DNA of 62,171 nucleotides, the filler included, from Sphacelaria rigidula (Eukaryota): the NCBI GenBank assembly GCA_964200075.2. It is 8 parts of 8 records of this genome, joined end to end, with 100 filler letters (N's around TTAATTAATTAA, not from the genome) between each part and the next. Parts side by side here need not be neighbours in the genome. Positions count along the whole stretch, not along the records: positions 1 to 7,685 come from CAXNAA020013799.1; positions 7,786 to 15,470 come from CAXNAA020013800.1; 6 more parts are not named here. One strand, given 5' to 3'. The translations under genes were made by a program, and so were the position numbers. Position 1 is the first letter of the stretch. Each line of letters opens with the position of its first letter. A model generated the notes under the pieces. The model was not told the origin of the DNA, made no database searches, and was given only the letters and a program-made list of their open reading frames with translations. Shown one piece after another: positions 1-11,616 of the stretch.

Positions 1-170
1 TCCCTTTCCCTCGTCGACCGTTACGTCGAATATTGTGTACCCACGACATAGTCGCTCTCCACTGTTGCGCATGGTGTGAGAAAAAATCCCAGATTGCTCC
101 GAGACTTGAACCCACGATCCAACCGTCAGATGGTTTCGAGGTCACCAACTGAGCCACTGGGGCGACCGGC
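1..170 (-). mobile_element. tRNA-derived SINE family A, 5' part (cut by contig end)
   Basis: Minus strand reads GCCGGTCGCCCCAG-TGGCTCAGTTGG (A box)...GGTTCAAGTC (B box). Its body (GGAGAGCGAC...GACGAGGGAAAGG) is shared with the copies at 47025-47737 and 43705-43925. Confidence 0.75.
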
Positions 171-263
171 TCAGTTAGGCCAATTATTATCGACACTGTT
201 TTTCTCGGATAGCTCCGAGTATTTTGGGACTGGCAAGATATCTGATGGAGGCGACCAAAAGTT

Positions 264-913
264 TTGGTCGTATATTTATGGTTGATTTTTCGAACAAACT
301 ACTCATAACGCAAACCTTAACCCTAACCCTAACCCCGATCCAAGGCGTACGAGACCCTCGGGCAAGGAGGGGTGCACAGGTTCCCCTAGGCAAAGTGTGC
401 GTTGGCAGACCTCAAATCGACGCTGCAGGCGCCAATTTCGACAAAAAAAAACACGTTCTCGACGAGCTGGGTCCACTGCTCACCTTCCCCAAACCATGAA
501 TGTTCTCAGAATTTTCTGACATTATAGTTCACCACTTGGGAGGGTGCTATGCTTGATTTTTAGTCCGACTTGATTTTAGTGTGGACACCGAAATCCGGAC
601 TTTTAATGCGGCTGTGCTTCAAGCGTGCTCCTAGCGTGCGCAGAAGGCATTCTTGTCTAAAGCGGCGCCTGGGGCGCCGATTTGAGGTCTGGCAACACAC
701 ACTCTGCCGAGGGAAAACTTTACACTCCCCTTGCCCGAGGGTTCTCGGTATGCCTTCGCTGGGGTTAGGATTTTAGTGTTAGTGTTAGTGTTATAGTTTG
801 TTCGAAATCATAAGTTTCCGAGAAATTCCTGACCCTCCCAAGTGATGAACTAACCTCCTTTCCTCAAGTCTAAATTCAAGTAGTCATGTTGTCAACCATA
901 GATATACGACCAA
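264..913. mobile_element. Palindromic (foldback) element with internal telomere-like (CCCTAA)n tracts
   Basis: Termini TTGGTCGTATATTTATGGTTGA / TCAACCATAGATATACGACCAA. Inner arms CGAACAAACTA..AACCCTAACCC..CCCTCGGGCAAGG are mirrored at ~725-810. Confidence 0.72.
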
Positions 914-1364
914 TGCTTGAGGTCTACTGATCTGACGACTCTCGAACGCTTTCGAGCGGCACGGCGTACACGAAAGGCAGCTCTCCGAAGGGCTGCGTTG
1001 CAGCAGCCCAATTTTTCTCGGGCTTGTTCAAAAATGAAGCTTCCGAGAACAAATCAAGCCGCTTCGTCTTCGAAGAAGTCTGAACAACGGAGAGGTCGAA
1101 CCCCCCCGAGAAATTTCGGGATCTCCGGAAAAACTTTGTCAAAAATAATGGTCCTTGGATTCAAATCTTCCGGGGAGATTGACAGTCCCAGGTCCTCACG
1201 ATACCTGCGCCGCCTCGTTTGTGCTCAAGTTGTTACCTGCGGCGCCAATCTGAGTTCAAATACCAAGGCACCCTTTGCATGAAGCACTGCGCCAATCTTA
1301 GCAGGGTGCAGTATACCCTTCATGCGACTGCCGAACACACCACGGTGCTTCGCCCTTGGTGATT

Positions 1365-1466
1365 GCGAACCTGGTTCAGCGAAAACCCGACGTGCTCCGC
1401 CTCGGCTTTGTAGGGATGCAAGGACAACGGTATAATGACTACGGCATGCACGATCACGAGTGCACC
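1365..1466 (+). mobile_element. Ultra-short element, long form
   Basis: CCTGGTTCAGCGAAAACCCGACGTGCTCCGCCTCGGCTTTGTAGGGATGCAAGGACAACGGTATAATGACTACGGCATGCACGATCACGAGTGCA followed by CCCC. Confidence 0.75.
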
Positions 1467-2010
1467 CCTCTCCCTGCGCCTCCGCCGTCCGACGACTCTC
1501 GGCATGCCTTGGGACGGAGTTGAGGGTAGGGTCAGGGTTTGAACATCATCACAAAATACGCGACATAACTAGGCCTTGCTCTGTAGGCTTCAGCCCCAAA
1601 AGCCCATTTTTACTTCCAGCTTTTTCGTTTTTTCAAGAGCTCATTTCCTTCCTTGGGAAGCTTTATTCGGGAAAGCTTTTTCTCTTTCCGTCAGGGAGGA
1701 TATTTCTGAGGGGTCCGCTGAAGGTGGCGTGCCAGGCTGCCGACCTATCTACCTGACTGTCAGCGGGCAGTCCATCATACAACATATCACCAACTAATAT
1801 TTGGGAGCAGGGGACCGGCTGCCGGGTGGTGGATGGGTAACAAAACGGGTAACAAAACCTTTGCAGACGTAAAAAACAATCAGGGGACACCGAAAAAAAA
1901 TCAGAAGCCAAAGAAAAAAAAACGGAGGCCGAAAACGAAAAGAAGGTCGCGTTGAAGAGAAAATAAGAGCCCATAAGTCTGATTTTTGGAAGCCCAAGTA
2001 CAAGGGGGGA

Positions 2011-2077
2011 GCGTACTCATTTGTTGCTTGCCTTAGTCATTTGACCATTGACCACGCATCCCTTTCGAGACGGAGCA
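2011..2077 (-). mobile_element. Ultra-short ~67-nt dispersed element (short form) with ~15-16 bp TSD
   Basis: TGCTCCGTCTCGAAAGGGATGCGTGGTCAATGGTCAAATGACTAAGGCAAGCAACAAATGAGTACGC on the minus strand, flanked by CAAGTACAAGGGGG(G)A at 1995-2010 and 2076-2090. Confidence 0.85.
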
Positions 2078-2219
2078 AGTACAAGGGGGAGGCCTAGATG
2101 TAGACAATTCGGCGAGGGTTGAGGTTCCACGTGTGCACTGGCAAAGAGCTGCCGCTCATAACAATAACAATGGTGGCGCGGTCGTGGTAAGTCGAGGTGA
2201 CCCCAGTTCGGCTTCCCAA

Positions 2220-2465
2220 ATCCATGGTTGAAATATGCTTGGAATTTTAATATGAAAATCAAGATTCGAATCTTGAGTGGGGCTGACAGTCCCGAGTGCT
2301 CCTAGCGTGCGTAGGATGCGTTCTTGTCAAAATCGGCGCCACAGGCGCCGACTGGAGGTCTGCCAACGTGCACTTTACCTAGGACACCCTTGTCATTCCC
2401 CTTGCCGACGGTTCTCGATATGCCTTGGGTTGAGGTTAGGGATAGGGTTAGGGATACGGGTTATG
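2220..2465. repeat. Arm of the telomere-motif element family
   Basis: GTGCTCCTAGCGTGCG...GGCGCC..GGCGCCGA...GGTTAGGGATAGGGTTAGGG. Homologous to 560-790 and inverted relative to 4115-4525. Confidence 0.7.
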
Positions 2466-4114
2466 ATAGAGCGAGCTGTATCCAGAATGCGCCATCCACG
2501 GTGGTTATCTGACAAAAGACTCACGTAAAGTTGCTCTCGACGCGACTGGTGTCGGGCTTAAACCAAGAAAAGCCGGACGAACGACACTTCTACGATAGCC
2601 GCCCCCTCCCCCTCCAAAAAGTGCCTGGTTTCGGGAGGCAAAATCTTCACGTAAATTGAAATGCCAAAAGCCGAGCACAACGAGCAGCTGGAAATTCCCA
2701 CGCTTGGGTTCATTCTCGCCAATGTCGCCCATATGAGGCGCTTCACGCAGCTTGAACCCAAACGTGAGGGGCTGTATGACCACCTTCTTCGTGACACTTT
2801 TGGGCTGTTTTTCTTTTGGGGGGGGAGGGGGGCTATCGTAGAACGTGTCGAACGATGGTTCGTCTGAAAATAACCCGCTTTTACGTCTTGTAGTGTAATC
2901 GATTCGTAACCGTACGAAGGAATCCTTGGGCTTTGTTTTGAGCATTGCACTCCAGCCAGGTACACGCACCGCAGGCACGTGGAGTAGTGCAAGATTTGGG
3001 TCAAGATTTTTTGTATTTTTTTACCCACGGTCAATTTAGTGTCCCCTCTTTCGAGCTATCAGGCTCCAGAAATCGTAGATTTGGTGAAACACTAGATTTG
3101 GTGAAATCGTAGACTTGGTGAGATCAACTTTCCCCCTCCTCTTTCGAGCAATCAGGCCTCAGAAATCGCAGATTTGATTATTCGAACTACTGTAGCGAGG
3201 ATTCGTCCGACCCTTTGGTCAAGCGTTCAATCCTTCGACGCAATGGTGTAAGACGGCAAAGGCTATATATAGCGCAACTCAAACCAGGCGACGACAGTGT
3301 GCTTGTCTTGTTCTTGCCATCAAGTGCTGAGGCACGTCTTTCAGAGCTACCGGTGCCCACCGGTACTCATTGTGCTTACTGACAAAATAAAAAATAAGAA
3401 CATGGTGAACGATTATTGTGTGCCGTGGGGGAACGACCTTGCCTGTCGGCATTTTTACGTCCCGGCACTGCCTCACCCTGTCAACACGAACCGAGCTGGC
3501 GATCTCGCATCATCGCCGTTATCGCCCTCCTCACGGCCGGAATCCTCAGCAGCTGCAGCCGCCTCCTCTCCGTCACGGAACAGCTCCCCGTTCAGTCCAC
3601 TCGTCGCGCTACAACCCTGTGAACCAGCATGGCGGAGAGATCAGAGATCTATCGCACCCCTATGGCGCGCACTGTCCGCCCTTTCGTGAAAAGCAGGAAC
3701 TCACCGTGTGCCTGACTTTTCCTCCAGTTTTATGTTAGAGTTGTTTGACCTCCAGGGTAGGTCATCTGTTGAGCCCGCATCACTTTCACTTGAAAAAAAA
3801 TACTGCGTGATAGAAATGACCTAAATCCTGGCGGTCAAGGGGTGAACACCTTTTTGAGGGTGGACATATGTTCATGTATATTTATGCCGTACACTCATTT
3901 CACAGCGACTTCACGTGTGCGAACGTGAGTATTCGTGACTCGCTTTCAATGCGTGAACTCCTCGCCATAAGTCACGCAGCCACAGATCGAACTCTATTAT
4001 ACAACGCGAAGGTTTTGGCGTTCTGCGCGCATCACCTACGAGTACATTTGGTCGCGAGAGCCAATGGTTAAAACACCCGTCGTTCTTGTGAAACCCCGAC
4101 GCTAACCTGCAGCT

Positions 4115-4525
4115 CGAACCCTAACCCCGATCCAATGTATACCAAGAGCCCGCGGGGAAGGGTGAATGCATGTGGATGATGTTCGCCGCAAAAGCAGTCA
4201 GCGTCGGCAGGGCAAAAACGCTTCACGTGCACGCGAGGTGGGCTTGCGCAGTTCGCCTCTATGGTTGGTACATTCTGAAAAAAAACGCGAACCCTACCTC
4301 ATCACAACCCAAGGCATACCGGAAACTCTCGGGCGAGCGGTGTGTGTACAAAGGGTGCTCTAGGTAAAGGGTGCGTTAGCAGACCATAAATCGGCGCCTG
4401 CGACGCCGACTTGGAAAAAAACGCCTCCTGCGCACGCTAGGAGCACTCGGAACTGTCAGACCCCACTAAAGATTCGAATACAATATCGGTGTTCACACTC
4501 AGATGATGTATTATAAACCATGGAT
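4115..4525. repeat. Arm of the telomere-motif element family
   Basis: AACCCTAACCCCGATCCAA...CGCACGCTAGGAGCACTCGGAACTGTCAG, the reverse complement of 2220-2465. Confidence 0.7.
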
Positions 4526-7500
4526 TATTATTGGAGGCAAAATGAGGCATTGTAAACTCTATCGGTGCACGTTGGCGGGCACCTGATATTGCATATACTG
4601 CTGTCGCCTCAAGAGATCCGAATGTGATAGTCTACACTGAAATCAGTTAATTGTTAAACCATAGATCTTGGCGACCAATTCGCGTGAACTGTACTGCTGG
4701 TCACACAGGGCACCTACAGTACGCAATTTACACTTTCGCAGAAAATCCATAACGAGCATTTCACGGGTTCTTGGAAACGCAAACAGAGCAGCCGCAGAGC
4801 TTCATCATTCCCAGGGGGTCGATACCATTAACCAGTACAGACCGCTCTCGAAGAAGTTCTGCAGCGACCCACTTACGGTGGCATGTTGATTCGTTTGTTT
4901 TGCTCTGTCGTACTTGTGGACAAAGGCTAAACTACGCGCAAGCCTAAGTGGTACCGTCCGTCACACTGTCATCATACTACTCGTGAAAAGAACTGTGCTC
5001 TGAACAAACCAGAGAGACGACGCTAGATGAGAGAAAGTGGCAGCTCTGACCTACGAGACAAATAGTTAAATCGCTCTGTCTTCCATGTTTCTCGCGATTT
5101 AAAAAAGCATAGCATTTCACGGCCTCCGCACCGCTTCAACCATTCCTATATCGGACCCGGGATGTATTCAAACCAAAGATCATATAAGATGGCGGACAGT
5201 TAATTCCACCGCTACACAGTAACGTTGCTGCGACGGTGCTTCAACCAACGAACCACACTCCGTGGCTCTTTCGGCAGTCATCACCCCCCACAAACACTGG
5301 AATACACCGCACCGTGGAGATTCTTCCGCAGTGCGGTCCAAGTCACTTCACAAGTTTGATCCGCTGCACTAATATCAAGTAAGTGCACTATACCAGAAGT
5401 AGTGCGGGGTCCCGGCATAGTGCGGTAAGTCATCCCGGGCTGGCGACCGAACGCGCTACACCGGGACCCCCCGTGATGCGAATTTCCTAGACCATATTGA
5501 CTATTACCTGGGCAATGGTAACGTACCTGAACTACCGCCGCCCTGTTTCAACGTTACTGCAGCGGCGTATTGGTGCCGAATCGACATTACTGCACATTGT
5601 AGTGCGCAAGCGTACACACATCCAACAGCTCATGAGCCACCTTAAAGTAACTAATCCCTTGTCCAGAAAAAACGCAAAATACGTGACAGTAGGGTCTGAA
5701 AAACCAAAGCGCTACCTTCGCGCTACTCCACGTGCTCGGCATCCAGCGCTTTTTTTATTGATTGATTGATTGATTGTTGCACTTTAACTGACCCCCCAGG
5801 GATCCAGCCGTGGTGAAATGATGGACGTATCCAAGAAAAAAACGAAACTGAAGCACTCGCTGAAGAAAGAGTCGAACAGAACGACATATAATAATGGACT
5901 AAGACGTTGAGAAAAAAATGAATAAAAGGTCAAGAAAACGGCTCACCTCCGATAGATAATGGTAACTCAAAGTGAATTAAAATATGTTCGCGCGAAGCGC
6001 GATTATGGCCGAGCGTTTGAAAATCGCCACTGGGCAAAAATCGAGGACCCACCTGAAATCAGGGAAAGAACCATCGAATGGGACATGTCCTGTACCACTG
6101 TGCTGCAGCACAAACACATTCATGCTCTGTCTTGTGTGTTGTAGGTGTCGCTGCGCTGTGGCGTCTTCAGGCCTTTGTGGAGACGGTTTGATCTCCGCTG
6201 GGAGTGCCTGAGTTGCTTTATACTGTAATTCCGTTCGTCGCTATGAAAAATAAGGCTGTCGGCACGCAGTGCTCTCTACACACCGCTGAAACCTTCATGG
6301 TGTGTTGGCTGTTTCGTCTCGAGTCAAAGGAATAAGGCGCTCCCCAAACCCATAATTTCTATGCTGCAGTTCTCGCTGTGCTGTTGGGCATCTAAACACT
6401 CCACGACGATCACGGTGCGATGTGTACTGGAGAGTGCGTATTGCTGCATGCCGTGTATCGGGCTGCACAGAATTGGGGTGGGATCAAGGTGCTGTCGGAA
6501 CAAAGAAAAGTTGAAACAATCGTCATATGACGGCTGTACAGCTGTCTGTTGAGTCTTCTCTGGTTCTTCAATTATAGTCGGGTGCTGTGATCGGGGAAGA
6601 CACGCCAGGCGGGTGCGTGCAGGTTGGGACAAACAAACTGAGCCAGCACGGAGCTGGTGTATCCTCGCTTATTGACGGCAGCAGCTGTCTGTGTCGCAGC
6701 GGCGCAATGTGTGGACCAATCGAAAGTGCTGTTTGACTTACCTGCTACTCATATCTCTCATCTGATTGAATGAAGGTCGCCGCATTTTGGTGTATTTGAA
6801 GACTCTGATTCGTCAAGAAACTTTGCACCTCATAAATCTTGCCCCTATCTGTGGGCCCAGTGCCAAGAAAGGCTACGATAGCTGTAGGGAGCAAATATAT
6901 AAAAAGGGGCCAAATGAGCTAGCTCATCATCCGGACTAGTACACTGCTACCAAGCAATATTGAGGTAGCTCATCGGCAACCCGACGTGTGCAAGCGTAGC
7001 CGCCGCGCCCCCGGTGTTCTAAATTAAAATGGTGGACGCGACAGCATTACGGTAGACACAAGAACGCGGATTCGATTCTCAGCAGATGCCTTTCGGTTTT
7101 TTGTTCTTCTCAGCAGTATATGATTTCTGCCGTTGAAAGCGTGCACACCCTGGATAACGACAATGTGTTACATTGCCAAAAAGTGTACTGCGTACAGTAT
7201 AGACTATTGCGTAGAGCTCAGAAATGATAGAGGTATAACTAGCCATTATCATTATAATGGTAACAATGGTAATGGATAGATGAAAATTGTGGATAATAGT
7301 TTCAAACCATCACTCACCGTTACCCGCTACGTATGCTACACACAGCTCTTGAAAATTGGCCCAAATGTAACATCTTGTTTAGCTATCGTGAAGCCGAATC
7401 GTGTAAAATCGTGCCTCCGCAAGGCGCCTGGGGGGGGGCTTTTGGCTCGCGGCTGTGCCGCTCGATGACCAAACCATTATGTACCACTTAACTGGTTGAT

Positions 7501-7616
7501 GAGTACGCTACGCGTAACCTTTCGACTTGTTAGTGGTTAGACAAACCATTTCCGAGCTCTACTATTGCGTTCTATTGCGAGATATAGACAATATATTCCA
7601 CACTGCACTTAGTGGT

Positions 7617-7685
7617 GCCGGTCGCCCCGGTGGCTCAGTTGGTAACCTCGTAACCTTCTGGTGGTTGAGTTGTGGGGTTCAATTC
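7617..7685 (+). mobile_element. tRNA-derived SINE family A, head (cut by contig end)
   Basis: GCCGGTCGCCCCGGTGGCTCAGTTGG...GGTTCAATTC, near-identical to the head at 170-105. Confidence 0.72.
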
Positions 7686-7785
7686 NNNNNNNNNNNNNNN
7701 NNNNNNNNNNNNNNNNNNNNNNNNNNNNNTTAATTAATTAANNNNNNNNNNNNNNNNNNNNNNNNNNNNNNNNNNNNNNNNNNNN
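7686..7785. other. Artificial contig linker N44-TTAATTAATTAA-N44
   Basis: Exactly 100 nt with a six-frame-stop palindrome in the centre. Identical at 7 positions spaced 7,785-7,783 nt apart. Confidence 0.99.
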
Positions 7786-8459
7786 CTAACTCCAAATATT
7801 GGCCGGCGCATCCGCCTGCAAACGTTCATGCAGCCTCTAGGCTGGCCCAGCTCGTACAACTGTACGTTTCCCATGCAGCCACACGGCATCATTGCCTCGC
7901 AAGAAACTATGGTTCGGACTCTACAGGTATGCAACGGTCTTCAGAACCATTTCACAAAGGTCGAAATGGAGGAGCGTTGAATCTTCATATTTTATGTGTC
8001 TCGTCTTTCCCTCTTTCTTATGAGGCGGATCAACAGAGTGCCCACCACAATTAAATCGCGAGGTCGAGGAGAATGACTTTCAAAAGGCAGTACCAGTACA
8101 CGACTTCAATGACTGCCAGCCTCAGCGTAATAACGTCGAAATAATATCGAACACACATGCACACACACACACGCACACGTGTTGGTCGCGCGTCTCACGC
8201 AAACCCCACGTACCAACTGCCTCTGCTCTCCTTTCCTCCTTCATGTCTGCCCATCTCTCTTTCGCACACACAAGCATACACAAAACATGAAAACAAAACA
8301 TGGACACAGACATGCTGAGGCAGCTTTTTCGGGGACAGTTTTCAATCCAGTCACACCGCACACCGTCACCCCTATCCGACAATTTATCCACGTCCTTCCC
8401 CTGATGTTTCTTGTTTTCCTTTCCTGGTCTTTCAACACTTGGTTTTTTTCTTCAAATTA

Positions 8460-8682
8460 CCTGATATTCACCGTCGAAAGCGTGAGTACGTGAGTAAACG
8501 AAAAGTAGTTGAGTGAGTTCGTTTGACGAGAGATGGCGCGGTTTGAGATCGAGCGCTGACCCAGTCCGCAAGATCAAAATGCAAGGCGTGTACTAAGGAG
8601 AGGTGGCTTGATTCCTTGAGACCACGGAGTCGTCCTGGGAGAAGAGGGGTCCAAAATGCGACGAAAAAAAAGAAGAAAAAAA
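8460..8682 (+). mobile_element. SINE family B, 5'-truncated copy
   Basis: GAAAGCGTGAG...CAAAATGCAAGGCGTGTAC...CCTTGAGACCACGG...TGCGACG followed by an A-rich tail. Confidence 0.75.
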
Positions 8683-8708
8683 CACCACGACCACCACAGC
8701 CACCACAC

Positions 8709-8908
8709 CTCAATACCGAGGAGTTGTCCGTCTCTCCCATGAGTGACTTGATGTACTCCACCGGCTGGTTCGAGTCAAGCAGCGCGAACAGCAGTGCGAT
8801 TTGCCGTTTCCCTGCCGTCTCCTCGCCAAACTCCCCCACAAGCAGCTTGAAGAGCTTCTTTACCCCGTCTTTCCCTTGGTACTTCCGCAGTCCGTAATTA
8901 ACGCTCGC
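8709..8908 (-). CDS. Downstream exon of the same gene (after a ~4.6 kb intron)
   Basis: ctctctacag|ASVNYGLRKYQGKDGVKKLFKLLVGEFGEETAGKRQIALLFALLDSNQPVEYIKSLMGETDNSSVL. Phase-0 join to ...FSQFE. The donor is either at 8708 (AG|gtgtgg) or at 8716. Confidence 0.78.
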
Positions 8909-10159
8909 CTGTAGAGAGTTCGAAACAGAACAACACATCGGCGGCGCGGGGGGGGGTGTCTAGCTGATGCCAGGGGGGGCGGAAGAAACGATGCCGAGAC
9001 AGGACGACCCATTTGACAGCTCGCAACAATGAAGACTTGCGGTGGCGCGCCAACCACGCTTTTTGTCAATCTTCTACTTTCAAAAACCATGCTTGACACC
9101 CTACTCCTCGTACTCCTCATTTTCTTCCTCCACCTCCTCCTCTTCTTTCTCCTCCAGGCTGGTTCCACTGCTTGAGATAACAATAAAAATATGTCACCGG
9201 CGATTTCTCGCTCGAGGTGTGCAATTGAGGACCTGAGATTTCAAATACAAGAGCAAATCGATTCGAAAGCCACGCCTACTGTAGGAGAGATTTATTCATC
9301 TGCACTGCCTCGCTTCATGGGATTCATGGGTGGAAGCTCATACCCAAAATGAAATGGCCGGAATAGATAAGTCGCAATCTATCCTTCCCCACGTTTCTTC
9401 TTCATTCATTTCGGTTGGGTATGAATACGCGTACTTTTGCGCACGACCTTTCCCACCTGAAATCATGGTAGAGGGCCGGCCGTTTTTTCTTCCTCCTGTC
9501 TTTGTTTTGTCTTTGTTTTTTTTTGTTTGCTTGCTTTTTAGTCTACTCTTTGAGTGTGTCCCACCCTTCTGTGTTTCTTCACTTTCTTCCAGCGAGTTTT
9601 CCCTTCCCGTATATTTCGAGTTCGTCTATCATGTGACCACGGCTGGATCATGACTCCTGTGTCATCATCCGATGTGCGACAATTCATCAATCAATATACC
9701 CATCGATCAAACTGCTATGTATTTTCGGAGGTAGGTCCATTGGACCGAGTTTCCAAATATAATAGCCACCGTTAGCTTGGGGATAAAACTCAAAAAAGGA
9801 ATATTCCCCAGGCACGTAGCCTTCAAACGATCGATTCGCACCTCTCCTCAAAACTTCAGATCTCAACGCTCAAGCCTCGATCGAAGTATCCAAGACCTGT
9901 AGATTCCCACTAAATGTACGAAAATCACATATCATCATCTTTAAACATTGAAAATTTGGTCGGAGCACAACACACAACTACATCCGCAGCTGACAGAATA
10001 GCATTTCAAAATTTTATCGGTGGCTGACAGGGCAGCATTAAACACAGCAGGTCAGCATTCGTTCACTTGAATTTAGAACACACTAGTTTTGCCGTCGAGC
10101 CGTGGAAGATATATGACAAATTTTGTCGGAGCACAGCACGGGATTCCAACGTTGTGTTC

Positions 10160-11265
10160 TGTAGGATACGGTTATCTTCGGTAGGGTATGAGTTTCCTGT
10201 CAGAACTCACAGAATTACTGGGTACCGGTAAGAAAGTCTCACAGAAGTTACAGGAGGCTTACAGACCTCACATAATTTGCCGGGTAGGGTATAGAGTTGC
10301 ACAGAAAACCTGACCCGCAACCGGGTGTTTTTATACCGGTGTACCCGTGCCCCTGAAGGGTATGAAGACCTCACGTGAGCTACAGAATTATGGGGTAGGG
10401 GTATGAAAGTCTTGCAGAACTTATACAACTGTGGGATACAGGTATCAAAGTCTTGCAGAAGTCACAGAACCGTCGGGTATCAGTAAAACTCGGGAAAGTA
10501 GCCTGGGTATACAAAAACCGTACCCGAGAGAACACAACCTTGAACATGATCATGAACGTGGATAACCTGCAGCTTGCTACTTGACCCCCCTGGTAGCGCA
10601 GACGAACCGCCTCTACTCGGACGATCACTCAAGTCTGGGGGTTATCCTTCCTGACGGTCTGCATTACCTTCCATGTTTCGAGATTCCACGCAGATGTACC
10701 CCGTAACCCGCCAGAGTACGAAATGTACAAATAAATTTGATATTTTGTGAGTGTGTGGCATTTTGAGTGAACGAGGGCGGTTTGGTTGGTGGGGGTACGG
10801 GGTAAACGTTCAGGTTTAATGTATTGTGTCAGGATTGCAGCTATATCCATACCTCCCCAGGGTATACACCTATGCTCGTACTTGCATCGGGGATATCTAC
10901 AACGGTTTACCCTAACCCCGGGTGGGGGTATGGAAGGCCTTCAAAACTGTCGGGTACCGGTATGCAAGTCTGACAAAATATACAGAACTTGTCGGGTAGG
11001 GTACAGAGGTTGCACAAAAAACCGCACCCGCAACCGAATAACTTTTACGAGGGTATACTCGTGCCCCCCATACAGGTATGGGAAGATTGCAGAACTTGCT
11101 GAACTATCGGGTAGGGGCATAAAAATATTACAATAATTATGTAACTGTCGGGTATAGGTATGAAAACGTTGTAGGAGAAGTCACAGAACTGTCGGGTACG
11201 AGTTATACCCGGTGAAAATACCCCGGGTATACTGATATCGTACCCTACAAAACACAACCTTGCAA
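10160..11265. repeat. Degenerate minisatellite blocks (CAGAACTTG/TCGGGTAGGGTATG-type units)
   Basis: Repeated ~30-40-nt units with CAGAA...GGGTA in two blocks (~10160-10545 and ~10910-11265) inside the long intron. Confidence 0.7.
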
Positions 11266-11311
11266 GATTCTCTCGGTGGCTGACAGGGCAGAATTGCACC
11301 TGACAGCCACC

Positions 11312-11616
11312 GCGCCCCGATGGTGTAATGGTCCGACTGTCGCCATTAGGATGGAGAGAACGAGCGTTTGATTCCCGATGCGTTGGGGTTTTCTCTTCGT
11401 ATTTCCATCGTGGAAAGCGTGAGAACGGAAGTGAACAAAGTAGTCCACTAAGTTTGTTTGACGTGAGTTGACGCGGTGCGGAAGTGCTGATAGTCATGAC
11501 CCAATCCGCGAGACCAAAATGCAAGACGTGTACCGAGGGAGAGATGGGTTGATCCCTTGAGACCACGGATTCATCCCGAGGAAGGGGAGGGGTTCAAAGT
11601 GCGACAAAAAAAATAA
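11312..11616 (+). mobile_element. tRNA-derived SINE family B, full length
   Basis: GCGCCCCGA-TGGTGTAATGG (A box)...GTTTGATTCCC (B box), a ~300-nt body and an A-rich tail. Homologous to 32922-33245 and 8460-8682. Confidence 0.8.

Noticed and set aside
85-170. Possible tRNA genes (also 7617, 11312, 33245)
   Set aside because: They have A/B boxes but no closable cloverleaf, and they continue into shared multi-copy bodies, so they are SINE heads.
315-336. True telomere
   Set aside because: Only about 3 CCCTAA units, internal to a dispersed repeat.
5200-5604. CACTA-like terminus (GTAGTG at ~5604) with CAGTAACGTTG repeats
   Set aside because: No matching opposite terminus or 3-bp TSD could be identified; at most a fragment.
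6145-6191. Possible terminal exon (ttgtag|GVAALWRLQAFVETV*)
   Set aside because: Good acceptor, but no upstream exon or homology could be assigned.
7730-7741. Periodic TTAATTAATTAA every ~7.78 kb
   Set aside because: Assembly linker embedded in Ns, not biological.
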